Assembly: GCA_051362555.1 (NCBI GenBank)
Contig: CM120640.1
Span: 16,988,001 to 17,052,000, forward strand
Direction: 5' to 3'
Length of the DNA: 64,000 nucleotides
DNA from: Lingula anatina
Taxonomy: Eukaryota; Animalia; Brachiopoda
This document shows positions 52,573-64,000 of this stretch, piece by piece (position 1 is the first letter of the stretch; every line of letters begins with the position of its first letter). The notes beneath the pieces were generated by a model, which was not told the origin of the DNA, did no database searches, and saw only the letters and a program-made list of their open reading frames with translations. The translations under genes were made by a program, and so were the position numbers.

Positions 52573-54773
52573 CGTTCAGCGTCTACGACGTCCTGTAAAA
52601 CACGTCCTGTGTTCACAACGAGCTATTAAAGAATGCGATAAGGTACGCTAAGATAAAGGTTTCGTCGAGGTAGCTCTTATCTTGAAAGTGTAAACACTAC
52701 AAAATCGATCAATTTGATAGCGCAACTTTTAGCACCAGTTACTGACAATAGCGTCACCATCTGCATAACAGTACGTACATATTAATTATTTACTTGTAAA
52801 TAACTGGTAAATAATCTCTAACAATTTAACGTCACAAATAATGCAAATACAGAAGTTTTCATGTGACGATATGCGTGTTTTAATATCGATGTTATGTAAC
52901 ACGAATTATTAAGTTAAAAAGAATAAATTGCATGAATACTAATACCCCTGTATATTGTTCTTATTGTGTTCAGTAAAAGCTTTAATCGTCGTTATCCCAG
53001 TACCAAATTGTAATCATCAAGTCATGGGATTTATCATGCGCTGGTAATCTTTAACTGAATACATATATCTTTGTCACTCGGATAAAGAAATTAATCCCTG
53101 CATTCTATCTCCTTGACATCCTTTGCCAATCAGTAAGTGGACATGATCGAGACTTTTATTATACACGTTCCCTATCAACGAGACAGGTAACAAGTCGCGG
53201 TGCTTGATCTGATCATGAACAACTTTTCGAAATTTCTCTTACATGAATATTTGTATTTTCTTAGCTTCTGTATTGGACCCTTGCTTATGCTTTTCTGCTG
53301 TAGAATGAATGATTGGGCAAAACATATAACGTTCCATTTTAGTCCATATGAATCGATTAAGTATAACTGATTTCCCCTTTCTCCGGTCACCTCTCTTAAC
53401 GTCAGTGTGAATGTACTTTACTGGTGGATTGTAGAGAATGCGTAACGTAAATCATTGAATAATATTAAATGTTTAAAATTGCATATATAAAATGACTTAG
53501 GTAACGCTAATATCTGAGCACCCCAAGCAATGTGTTTGTTACGTTAGACGAAACCCTCATTGTGCTAACACATTCTTTCTCTACATTACAACCGGGTACA
53601 TGTATCTCTACTATCACAATGTAGGCCCTACCCTCATTTTTATTAAAACGTCCTCTCACCACCATTCATTTTTCTATCTAATTGAGACCAAAGAGACACC
53701 ATTGACAGACAATGAAGAGCCTAATTTTTTTAATTATGACATAAGCTTAAGGTTCTGTAATACAGGTGAAATATAAAAATATATTCTTCAAGAGAGAAGA
53801 CCATTTCGTGAGGCTGTATCTGTCTGTCTGTCTGTTTGGTAAGTTGAGAATGGAACTGTATTTGTATTTTAAATAAGTTCACAAATTGCTGGTTCTTAAA
53901 CCCTTCAGTTTCTTGTCAAAGTCTCTCTTAAGACGCTCGGAATTAAACCGAAAAGCAAATCGAAAAGCCTATATTTTATTTGATATGGTATTAAATATCT
54001 ATTTCTATATGCTGCTTGTCGAGTTGCTTTGTCCAGCGACTGATTAAACGCTATAATATTAATACGAGTGCGGTCTATGATTTCATTCATTCTTGACACT
54101 TCAAAAAATGGCTAACAAACGTACAACATCATTTATTAACATTTAATATATATGGTACACCTGATGTCTATTATATGCAGTTACCTTTGTCTATTATATC
54201 AACCACATCTCACGACATGCGAGTATATCCCAACTTTAAACTTTTGCTACTGAAATGAGGATTATTTTTGCACTCCCTAAATTCTACTTTTAGTATTTAT
54301 CTACTATAATGAATACACTCCCTAATGACGTTTAAACACAATCTATACATTACTAGGTCATATTACCTTTGCTTGTAATAAAACATTAGAAATTGGTAGT
54401 ATACTACTTGATATAACTTCTCGAACATTTAATGCGTGGAGTGCTGAAGAGAAGATAAAAATACATATTATATATTACAGCATTAGTTATTTTGAATAGT
54501 TTTCGAGCCATTTAGTGGCTATTAAGCATAACACTCTGAAACCAATCCTCTAGTTCATAATTAATACCAAACAACTTTCAAGATTATTTTAATACATATT
54601 TCATCCATTTTGCAATGATAATTGTTTTCGTGGCGCGCATCTTGGACTTGGCGAATATATTGTAATTTTCACTATATATCACAATACATCACTATATATC
54701 CTTATTTTCTAAGAATTCCTTAATCCGAAACTGCGCCAAATTTCATGTGTGTAGGTTAAAAATGCACGCCTTT

Positions 54774-55558
54774 TCACCGAAGCGCTGGTCTATATGTGTC
54801 AAATCTCCATGCGTACTCTTCAACTGCAGCATAACAGAACCTGTACTGTTCCTGGAAAGAATAAATTGGTGATTAACATTTACGGTGAATGATTCCACAC
54901 AGCAAAACTTACTTCCCCATGCACAGTTCATCCATTCTCTACAACATAACATACCTGTAAAAATACCATTAGCGGATGATATACTACATTTTGTATGAAG
55001 ATGGATTTTATGGTAAAGTAAAGCCAACCACTTACCAAACTGTCTACGAACTGTGGTCTGTTGATTCGCACGGCTTTGACTGTGTGAAACACGTCCATCT
55101 GTTGTCCCACTTTCATCTTCTCTAATATTCTGGCTAGGGCACAGAAAACACCGCTTTGGTGGGCCCCGTTCCTGAAATAGCCATTAGCACTCTGTTATAG
55201 ATAAAAAAACGTTTACATTCTTAATTTTACTACCCTGAGTGTCAGAGCAACGTAAAAGCTAGCTTGTTAAATATACCTTGTGATGGAGTCGCTTTTACTA
55301 GTATTGCTGATATGGGTTATATATGAAATCAAGATCGAGTTGGCAAATACCGGAATCTAGAACCTAGGGTAAATTTTACGTGTTACTTGTGAATACATTT
55401 TATACTCAGAAATGTAAATAATTATACCATTTTAAGAGAATGGTGTTAAAGAAGAATTAAATAATAGTTTAACTGACCATATTTTGATGCATACTATAAT
55501 CTGTGTGCACCACAATACAAACTCTATCAGTATCGTTAAAATGTATAATGAAAATAAA

Positions 55559-55605
<47 letters not shown>

Positions 55606-58600
55606 TTCCTGATACAGCGAAATTAGAGCTTTCATGTATGTAAGCAGGCACATGTTGAAAAAGTAAAATATGCCTTACATGCAGTGCACAGTAATGGCTG
55701 TGTTCCCACTCTGTTGTTGCCAGTGTTGTACTTCATCTAACAGCTCTAGGAGCGCTTCTGTTGAGGACGGCGTGGGTTCTGATGTCTTCCACCCTTGGAG
55801 CTGGAACTGGCGTACCTTGCGAGGTTGCTCTTTAGTCTGTAATTATAAAAATAAAGAATGAAATTGCTCTCTCTCTCTCTCTCTCTCTCAAACACAAACA
55901 GAATTATTTCCACCAATCAGTGGTTGGACATACCCGAAAGACGTCGTTACTTGGGATTAAAACTACTAGTAACAGGTGACACCGAACCTTTAAATTGTGA
56001 ACACAAACATCTTATTTCTTATGTTGTCCAAATGGATTGTACATGAGCTGTGACTGACTATTGATAAACTATATACCCGGTTTTTATTTTTCAGTGTTAA
56101 TTTCTTGAAAGCAAAATAATCCACTGCATCGTGCGATGATATCACTTCCACTGTGAAAGGTCCATAGGTCGTAGAACCAGATTTAGGCACGTACAATGCA
56201 GTTTCCTATAAAGATATATATTACTGGAGAAAACACATCTGAGACGTTACAGATATTGATCCAAACTAATATGTGAAAATTAGTGAACTATGAAATCATA
56301 AATGTTGGAACATACAGTATTCAACATTGCATATGCATTAAACAGTTTTGAGAGGTAGTTAAATGCAAAAACACAAAATATTACTATTTTCATTAATATA
56401 AATCTAAAAACGTATATTGTTACAAAATTTCACCAATATGTCTTTTTATAATAGAAATTTACAAGGCATACACGCACCTTTTCTATTTCGGCTGCTTCAT
56501 TCATCATGACTATTGTAGCAGAATTGTGATCATAGATCATTCTCCAGAAGTCCACCACAGTATCAGGTAAAGGCGTCTGGGTCACGATGTAGGTATCAGC
56601 ACGGCGGTAGCCCTTGGAAGCGAATAACAGAACGTTGAACAATTGTAGATATACACTAATTTCACAACTACAATAATATTACGTAAAAAGCGTGCAAACA
56701 ATTATAATTTACCGTGTTCACTGATTCTACCCTACTATATCAAATTCAAAGTTTTGATTTAGTTCTCTTCTATCTAAAATTCAAATCTAAAATACTTGAT
56801 ATTCGTCAATAACGTAATCGGTGAATCGACAAAAATTACAGAGACTGTCTTACATCAAGGAAGACAGCGTTAATGTAGTCAGTACCGCCGTTTGCCGGTC
56901 TCCATCCGTTTTCTGGGGTAATGTTCCGGACACGTTTTTTGTTTACGTTGGCTGAAGCCTGTGATTTCCCGACGTTAGAAGATCCAACACACAGTTGTTG
57001 AAGAACCTTAAAACCAACAAAAAAGCTCGCATAGAGTTCAACACACAATAGGACTAAAACGCTGCAACACAAAAACAAATAATGTGTTCACCTATCCAGA
57101 ATACTGCAGTTTCATTAATTGTATAAGATAAAAAAATTTGGGTTTAGATACACGTTTGTACCAGCTCAACTACATCTTTAAACGGAAAATTTTTGGTAGT
57201 GTAATTCCCACCTGTAATGCTTTTTAGATCAAACATTCATTTTATGATACATTTTTAATGTATTCAACAATTAATTTCTTACAATATATTCAATAAATAC
57301 ATATTTTTGATTGAAATACACTCACTGCAAACTCTCTCTCTAACTTTGATAGACCAGATTTTATGTCCACCTGTTTCAGTCTATGAAAATAAGGCTGCAA
57401 TCTCTGCACCGGGACTGTCGTGTTCCCGCAGTACAGCTCCTCCAACATTGTGTCGTGTATAAAGACGTATTGTTCCTGCATTGAAAAATATCTGATGAAT
57501 GATTGTTTGTACCAAACAGTCAAACTATTGACTAATGAATACATCAACTACTTTACATATGCATGTTTGTACTACATATACTAGACCATTTGTATTGCAA
57601 TAAAGAATGACTATTACACGTGTTCCACTGACCTCTGTTTGTATCATCATCGGACGCGACCCCCTCATCTGCTGTACAAGGTTGAATATGTTGATCTTTC
57701 CTTCAACCTCGGCTTGGTCTAACAGGTAGTCCAGAGCGATGAAAGTCCCAGTCCTACCGACACCAGCACTGTTGGAGTAGTATATAACTTCAGTAAATAA
57801 GGTGTAATTGGGCTACTTTTTTAAAGCAGAACGTTTCATGTGTATTTACCACAGTATTCAATTCAAAAATAGCAAGCCAAATTACCAGGGTATTCAAATT
57901 TAATATTTATGTCTATAATCTATTCAAAATAGGTTGACGAAATGGCTATAATTAAGAACTGACCAGTTGACGCGGTTTGAATTCCACGTGTACCAGAAGC
58001 CACCTAGGCAAATGCATCACTTTGTCTGCATTGATATTTAGGGCATATACAAACCTGCCGTGAACAATGATGGGACCTTGACATTCCACCTTTTTCTGAT
58101 ACCATTTGAACTTGTCTCGGAACTGCACCAAAGCTGAGAAATCTACGGGAACACCGTGGTCAGGCCAGCCGGTGAAATGGAATTGTTTCACCGTCTTCAT
58201 GGAAGAATTGGACTTGAAAAATATTATAAATATTTAATTATTGCGTTATACTGAGAAGGATTCAATACATCAAATAACATTATACTACTAAGTAACAAAA
58301 TGATTTGCCATTTTTCTATCCTCTATTCAATGTGCGTTAGAAGAAAGATAACACATTTTTCGTATTCTATAATTCTACAGGGTATACACATCGTTTAATC
58401 CATACATGATCCTAGGTTAATGTGTTAAGCGGAGGAGAAAACTGATTCACTTTATCAAAAATTTAACTATAACCTTCATTTCCCAAACTTGATTACCTAC
58501 ATGTAACACCGACATATGTAGCGTTCGCACAGTAAAATCAGTGTGAGTTTCTTCTTTCTTTAAAGTCACGACTATTAAACCAAATCGTTTGCTGCCTTCG

Positions 58601-60403
58601 TCAGGCCAGTATTTAGCACACTTCGTCTAGAACACAAAAATAATATAATATAATATAATATAATATAATATAATATAATATAATATAATATAATTTGCAA
58701 ACATGGAAACATACTAGTATACTATCTAAACAGATGAATTGTTCAAGCACCTTAGCATCTTCCGTCAAGTTGGTCAACATGATAATCACAGGGGAATCTT
58801 CTTGCCAGACCATTCGCCAGAAATCCTTCACGGTGTTTGGTTTCGGACCTGAATAAAATTCAATAAAAATGTTGTGTAGGACAATTGTTGATCGACGTAC
58901 CATCAATATATAATTAAAATGAATTAAAAAACACAATTTGCAGTGTTGTATGAAAACATAAATATGTAAATTCAGAATCGATAAAATTATATTTATTAAT
59001 TAGTAAAATAAAATCATAATCACCTTGACAGGCAATGAATGCTCCAGTTTGTCCATAGCCCTTCAATCAAAATGAGATTAAAAGGGAAGCACATTTAGAC
59101 ATTATAACATTCTACATGCATGTAGCGTAGTGTTTTAAGTAAACATTTAGTTGTTTTCTCATTAACCTTTCTATATAACAAAACAAGTTCCTTCTTATAA
59201 ACATTGCATACAATTATAAACGAAACCAAACGAAAAATGAATAAATGACACCAAAGTCGATAAGATTACTTACATCTATATAATTTGCGTTGATGTAATC
59301 GGAATGGGGGTCACCCGGCAGTGGAGTCAACGGGACCCGGGAGTAGTCATCTATTGTAATAAGAAAATAAGGTGAAACTTCCATAAACTGGTGTTGCAAT
59401 ATAGGTGGTTGTACCAACAGAATTACCCAATAGCCTATGTTGTTCAAGTGACGAAGACATCAATTTGACTGGATGCAAACTGCTACTTAAACTTTGTATA
59501 TCCACATGTATATCCACAAACGTGTGACTAAAGCACTCCTCACTTTTCCACTAGCCGAATTACCTTTTTGTATCATCTATTACATCGACCAAGGATTTCT
59601 ATTCAGTAACGTTTCGTGACACTGTGGACATTCAGCCTAATGATGCTTTTCGTGTTTCTGTGATCTTTAAACCTGATGATACTCTTGTGATAAGAGCAAA
59701 ACGCAGCAGTTTTAAGCATGTAAATATTTTGTTCTAAATAAGCGATTACTATCACTAAAACGTTACTAAACTATGCAAATATTTGTAAAAATAATGGTCT
59801 CGATCCACTTACATGGCAAAATAGTGTCGAATCTATTTTTCATTTCATTTTCTTGCTTTTGTCCTACATGGCACGTCGCAGTGAATACTGTAGGTAATTT
59901 CTACAAAATGGCATGAAATATGTCTAACTAAAACTATCACATCGTATTCTGGATGCAAAGCAAAATTATGTTCTATTCGTCTGTATTAAATGTTGGTTGT
60001 TTTGCACTTTATATAAAAACGTTCTTCTAGAAGCTTTTTATAATCAATAGGTCCCTATGACTGTCAGTCTGCTTCTATTTTCGTTTTTTTTTTAATCTCA
60101 ATAAAGTACACATTAGATAGTGAGTTAATACAGGTAAATGGTCTCCATAACTGAAAGACTTTCCATGTATCATCAGGCTGAATACGTTGTGCAATACAAA
60201 TGGAAATCAACAAACCTCATACTCTGCTTTCAACGCTTCCCTGTTTTTCTTCTTCAAAACAGTGAAGATATCCTCAACAGGGATGTCTGTGCCCTGCTCC
60301 ATATTATCGTCTAAATGTTCCCAACTGAGTTCCATATACGGGTTTTCCGGCATATGGTAATTTGGGACTTCGTAATCTATATAATCCAAAACAACTGTAT
60401 TTT

Positions 60404-60452
<49 letters not shown>

Positions 60453-63400
60453 ACAGGTACCGAAGAAAAATGTTTCATGTGCATGATATTTTTGTTACAC
60501 AAAAGAGACAAAATACAATGGAAAATCGCTTGAAATTGCTTGACATTTACGGTATGTGATCAGTTTTCATTGGTCAGTTTAAATGTAACTGGATCAATTA
60601 TGAATCAAAATGCACAATTTAAGATTAGCCAAAGCTTCAAATTTAGACAACGTTCCTGTACTGCATTTTATAAAATGATTGATTTGTGGGGATGTCTCCT
60701 CACCCACTGCACGCAACAATCAACCCATTTACCTTCATTGCGTGTCTCTACTTTTAACGATTTCATCTCTCTGTCAGATACACTACTTGAATGAGTATCA
60801 TCCAGTCCACGCCTTCGCCTTCTAACAAAATTATGCATAATGCGCGTCATATAGAATATAAGATACAATACGGCATAAATGTACGATCACTCGATTACGC
60901 ATCAAACAGCTAGCAACAAGAACTCATACGTTAAAATGTTATTCGGCGGCTTACCAGTACCGTTATTACTATACATATTAAAGATGGTTTCAAATTGAAT
61001 GTAGTTGTGGTTTATATTTTCGTGCTAAACTTTTTTTTTTGCAATGTTATCAAGTATTAGCCACGTTTATATCTCAGTGTTTGGAGAACAATGGATTTCT
61101 TTGAACTAAACAGAAAAAAATAATCCATGGTCCAAGCGTGTGGCACAGCCCCTGTAAATATGTTTACCTCATGTATATCCAGACTACTATAGCCACAATT
61201 ACCACCGCCAATACGGCTGCAACAACTCCGCCGACGAGGACACCGACATCTAGACCTAGAACTGTACATGACTCCATGATACCAAAATATATGTGCGTTT
61301 GTAATACCTGAATGTATGTACTTTTATTCAATTAAACGTAAAATGAGGCATTCGCGTTTTATTATTATTACTATTATTATTTGCTTCTCAGGGCCGTTGT
61401 ATTCAAAATCTTGCTAATGCACATATCAAAGATAAATTCACCACTTACTTTTGACATCCATCTGTGGTATAACACCCCTTACTAAGGAAACATAGGCTTG
61501 GGAAGTAATCTACAAAGAACACAGACAAAAAGCACACACATTTTAAGATGTTGTTGTTTCGTCTTGCAAATCAATCGATCAGACACCAAAATGCTATGCG
61601 CTGACAAAACTCAGTGGCGAATTTGGGGGGGGGGGGGGGTCAGGGGGGTCCTGAAAAAATCACACCAATGGTCCCCTCTTGAAACAACAATTTTGACTAG
61701 CTGAATCATAGTTCTAAACCGTACCAAATGGCACCTTTCGCCCTCTAAAATACCAGCTTTTTCGGGGCCCTTCAGCGGGCGCCAATCCCCACGCCAAGGG
61801 GGGGGGAAGGATCAGCTTCGCATCCGCTGACCCCCTCCCCCCTTCAAATTATCCTGGATCCGCCCCTGAAAACTATACATGTATATGAACTATAAGACAT
61901 TCTACCTTATTCAAAAAGTACGCTAAATTAGTACTTACCCCATCTACTGTTTGCACAGGGCCAAAATATATGTTGTAATATTTCCTTTCCTCCAGTGGTC
62001 GATTATAAAAGCCGCCATATGTTTTATTATCTCCAACAGTAAACGGCTTCCCAAGTTTATCAGCACCCAGTTCAGCTGCCACACACAGCAACTGGTCGGT
62101 GTCTGTCACAGACTGGCATGGTACAAGTCCTTGGATCTTGGTATCGCTTAGTTCTGAAGCTCGTCGGCGACGTCTCACTTTTATCTCTTTCTCCACTACA
62201 ATCCTAGAGTAAAAAGCAATATATTCATTTCATAATGTGTAAAAACCCACACACGTGCGTTTGCTTAATAGTTGTTGACAGGCATCTTCGAAGGATACAG
62301 CAGCGATCAGTTGTGCACCATTACCATATGTATTTGAGCTACAGATGCCTCCTCTGAATTAAAATAAATCTATTTGACAAACGCATTTTACAACAAGTGT
62401 TATATGTTCCTACCTATACTTGTACACGTCTCCATAGTGCTTGCTTGGTAACATAATGGTAATGCTGGATACCGTTCTTTGCAAAAAGCTTTGCGAGACT
62501 GGGGTCACTTCAATATCATTTGGGACTGTAAGGATAAACAATGCCAATTCCATATGCATGGTAACAATTGATGTCACAAATTGTCAAACAAAAAATTGGG
62601 CTTCTTTACAGTATTATATGTACTTAATGGACTCTATTGCTTAGATATTTTAAGTTCAAATGTGTTGTTACGGTACAGTAAAGTACTTACCCGCTGGTTT
62701 TGTCCAGGTGATAACTTGTGATGAATCCCCATACCCTGCCGATGTTTTGGCCATTAACACACATAAATACTGCGTACCTGGTTTCAACTTACTCACTACG
62801 ACTTTTCTTGCTGACATGGTTAGTTCTGCTAATATATTCTTTCCATCAACAGAACATTCAATCTACAATGAATTTCAAGATAACCTTCGGTCACATTCTT
62901 TATACCGGGGGTCGGCAATGACTGGATGCAAAATGACCATAAATAAAGACATGGCTATAAAGATGATTCCCCTAGTCAACTACAGTATATTTGTATATAC
63001 AATTGCTTTTTAAGCTACCTTGTATGTTTCGATTACCTTATAGCCTGTTATTTCCCCATTCCTGATAAATGGCTCGTTCCATGAAAACTCCAAAGTTGTA
63101 TCTGATCTGCTGGTGTTGATGAAATTAGTTGGAGGTCCTGGCTCTTAAAATAATTTTAAAACCATTAAGATTACATGTATAAACATTTAGATTATAAATG
63201 CACCACAACAATCTTGTATAACTTTTTAGAAAGGCACTATGTTTCATCCCCCGTTCTTTAATTTAATTTTAGTGTTTGTAGGGCTATGATTGATTAATTT
63301 TTTAAAGTCTAAAATATTAGGTCTATGCTTACTTCCGTCTACAGTTCTAGCCTGTACAGCGTCACTATACTCTCCATTACCGATATTGGTTCCTGCACGG

Positions 63401-63765
63401 ATCTGAAAGATAGAAGTTAGACGTTTATATTATTATTATTAAGTGAGTAAAGGTGGGGAATAACTGTCAGTCGATTTTCAGTTTTTTAATAAAAAACGCA
63501 TTAAGAAGGATGAAGAAGAAACACCCTTGCTTATACTATTCCCTTACCTGAAACCTGTATGTCATGTTATACATAAGGTTGCCCACAGATGTCCAATAAG
63601 TGCCGGCGTTCAGTTTCAGTGAATTCTCCCAGTTATTATCTCCCATTCCGTAAGATATATTATACTCTGTTATGATTCCTCCTGGAGGTCGTGGTGCTTT
63701 CCATCGCAACTCTATGGTATTGTGACTTCGACTAACAACAACAGGTGGTGCCATTTTGGGTGGGA
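54774..63765 (-). CDS. Gene C (5' end outside window): RPTP paralogue with open frame but catalytic Cys>Gly (pseudophosphatase)
   Basis: 24 exons: 63548-63765, 63333-63402, 63037-63143, 62691-62862, 62414-62525, 61939-62203, 61449-61509, 61168-61255 (TM), 60733-60821, 60216-60376, 59813-59900, 59274-59350, 59024-59060, 58751-58848, 58501-58626 (donor slightly uncertain), 58055-58212, 57633-57768, 57326-57475, 56854-57006, 56478-56612, 56077-56205, 55679-55836, 55036-55171, 54774-54851. D1 reads WPDHGVP...PIIVHG|SAGVGRTG. Confidence 0.87.
61612..61868. mobile_element. GC-rich hAT-like MITE
   Basis: Termini CAGTGGCGAATT.. / ..GGATCCGCCCCTG, G/C runs, flanked by AAAACT direct repeat. Confidence 0.6.
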
Positions 63766-64000
63766 CTTTAAAAATAAAAGAGATAATATAAAAGCTACCA
63801 ATAATGTCGTTATTGTCATACATTGCGTCACGTCATTTAAAATAAAAAACAATGTAAGGTTACGTAATTATTTTACATGATACCAACAAATATCCCCTTT
63901 CTTTGACGTCCAATAACATTTGGAAAACTAGAGTAACTTTACATAAATCAACTACAAAATTATGCCAATTCTTTGTGTTGTTATTATGACGTTATATATG

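Noticed and set aside
58491-58512. Apparent loss of the donor site in a gene C D1 exon
   Set aside because: In-frame GT donors exist 6 nt downstream (CAT|gtaggt) and 3 nt upstream, so this is not counted as a lesion.

Overview
AT-rich, intron-rich eukaryotic DNA, probably from a marine invertebrate (lophotrochozoan-like domain architecture; taxon cannot be fixed from sequence). The window holds a minus-strand tandem array of receptor-type protein tyrosine phosphatase (RPTP) paralogues: signal peptide, Cys-rich EGF-like exon, two F-type lectin (fucolectin) domains, optional EGF-like repeats, FN3 repeats, TM helix, and tandem D1/D2 PTP domains. I reconstructed the exons by hand. Gene A (2337-29963) has 33 exons, about 1552 aa, and an intact WPD/HCSAGVGR D1. 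Gene B (33460-52572) has a clean ectodomain and TM, but its phosphatase exons are wrecked; a 2.9-kb DNA transposon supplies an in-frame stop and an AATAAA, predicting a 949-aa phosphatase-less receptor. Gene C (54774 to beyond 64000) has an open frame over 24 visible exons, but its catalytic Cys is Gly, so it is a pseudophosphatase. A fourth copy is seen only as exon 1 (1481-1520) with ACG in place of ATG. The array looks like an active / truncated-decoy / catalytically dead set of lectin receptors, reminiscent of paired immune receptors (inference). Introns carry many DNA transposon derivatives: Kolobok-like, Harbinger-like, a Tc1 relic, a RecQ-fragment element, a 6-kb foldback insertion and 29-35 bp TIR-only micro-elements with TSDs.
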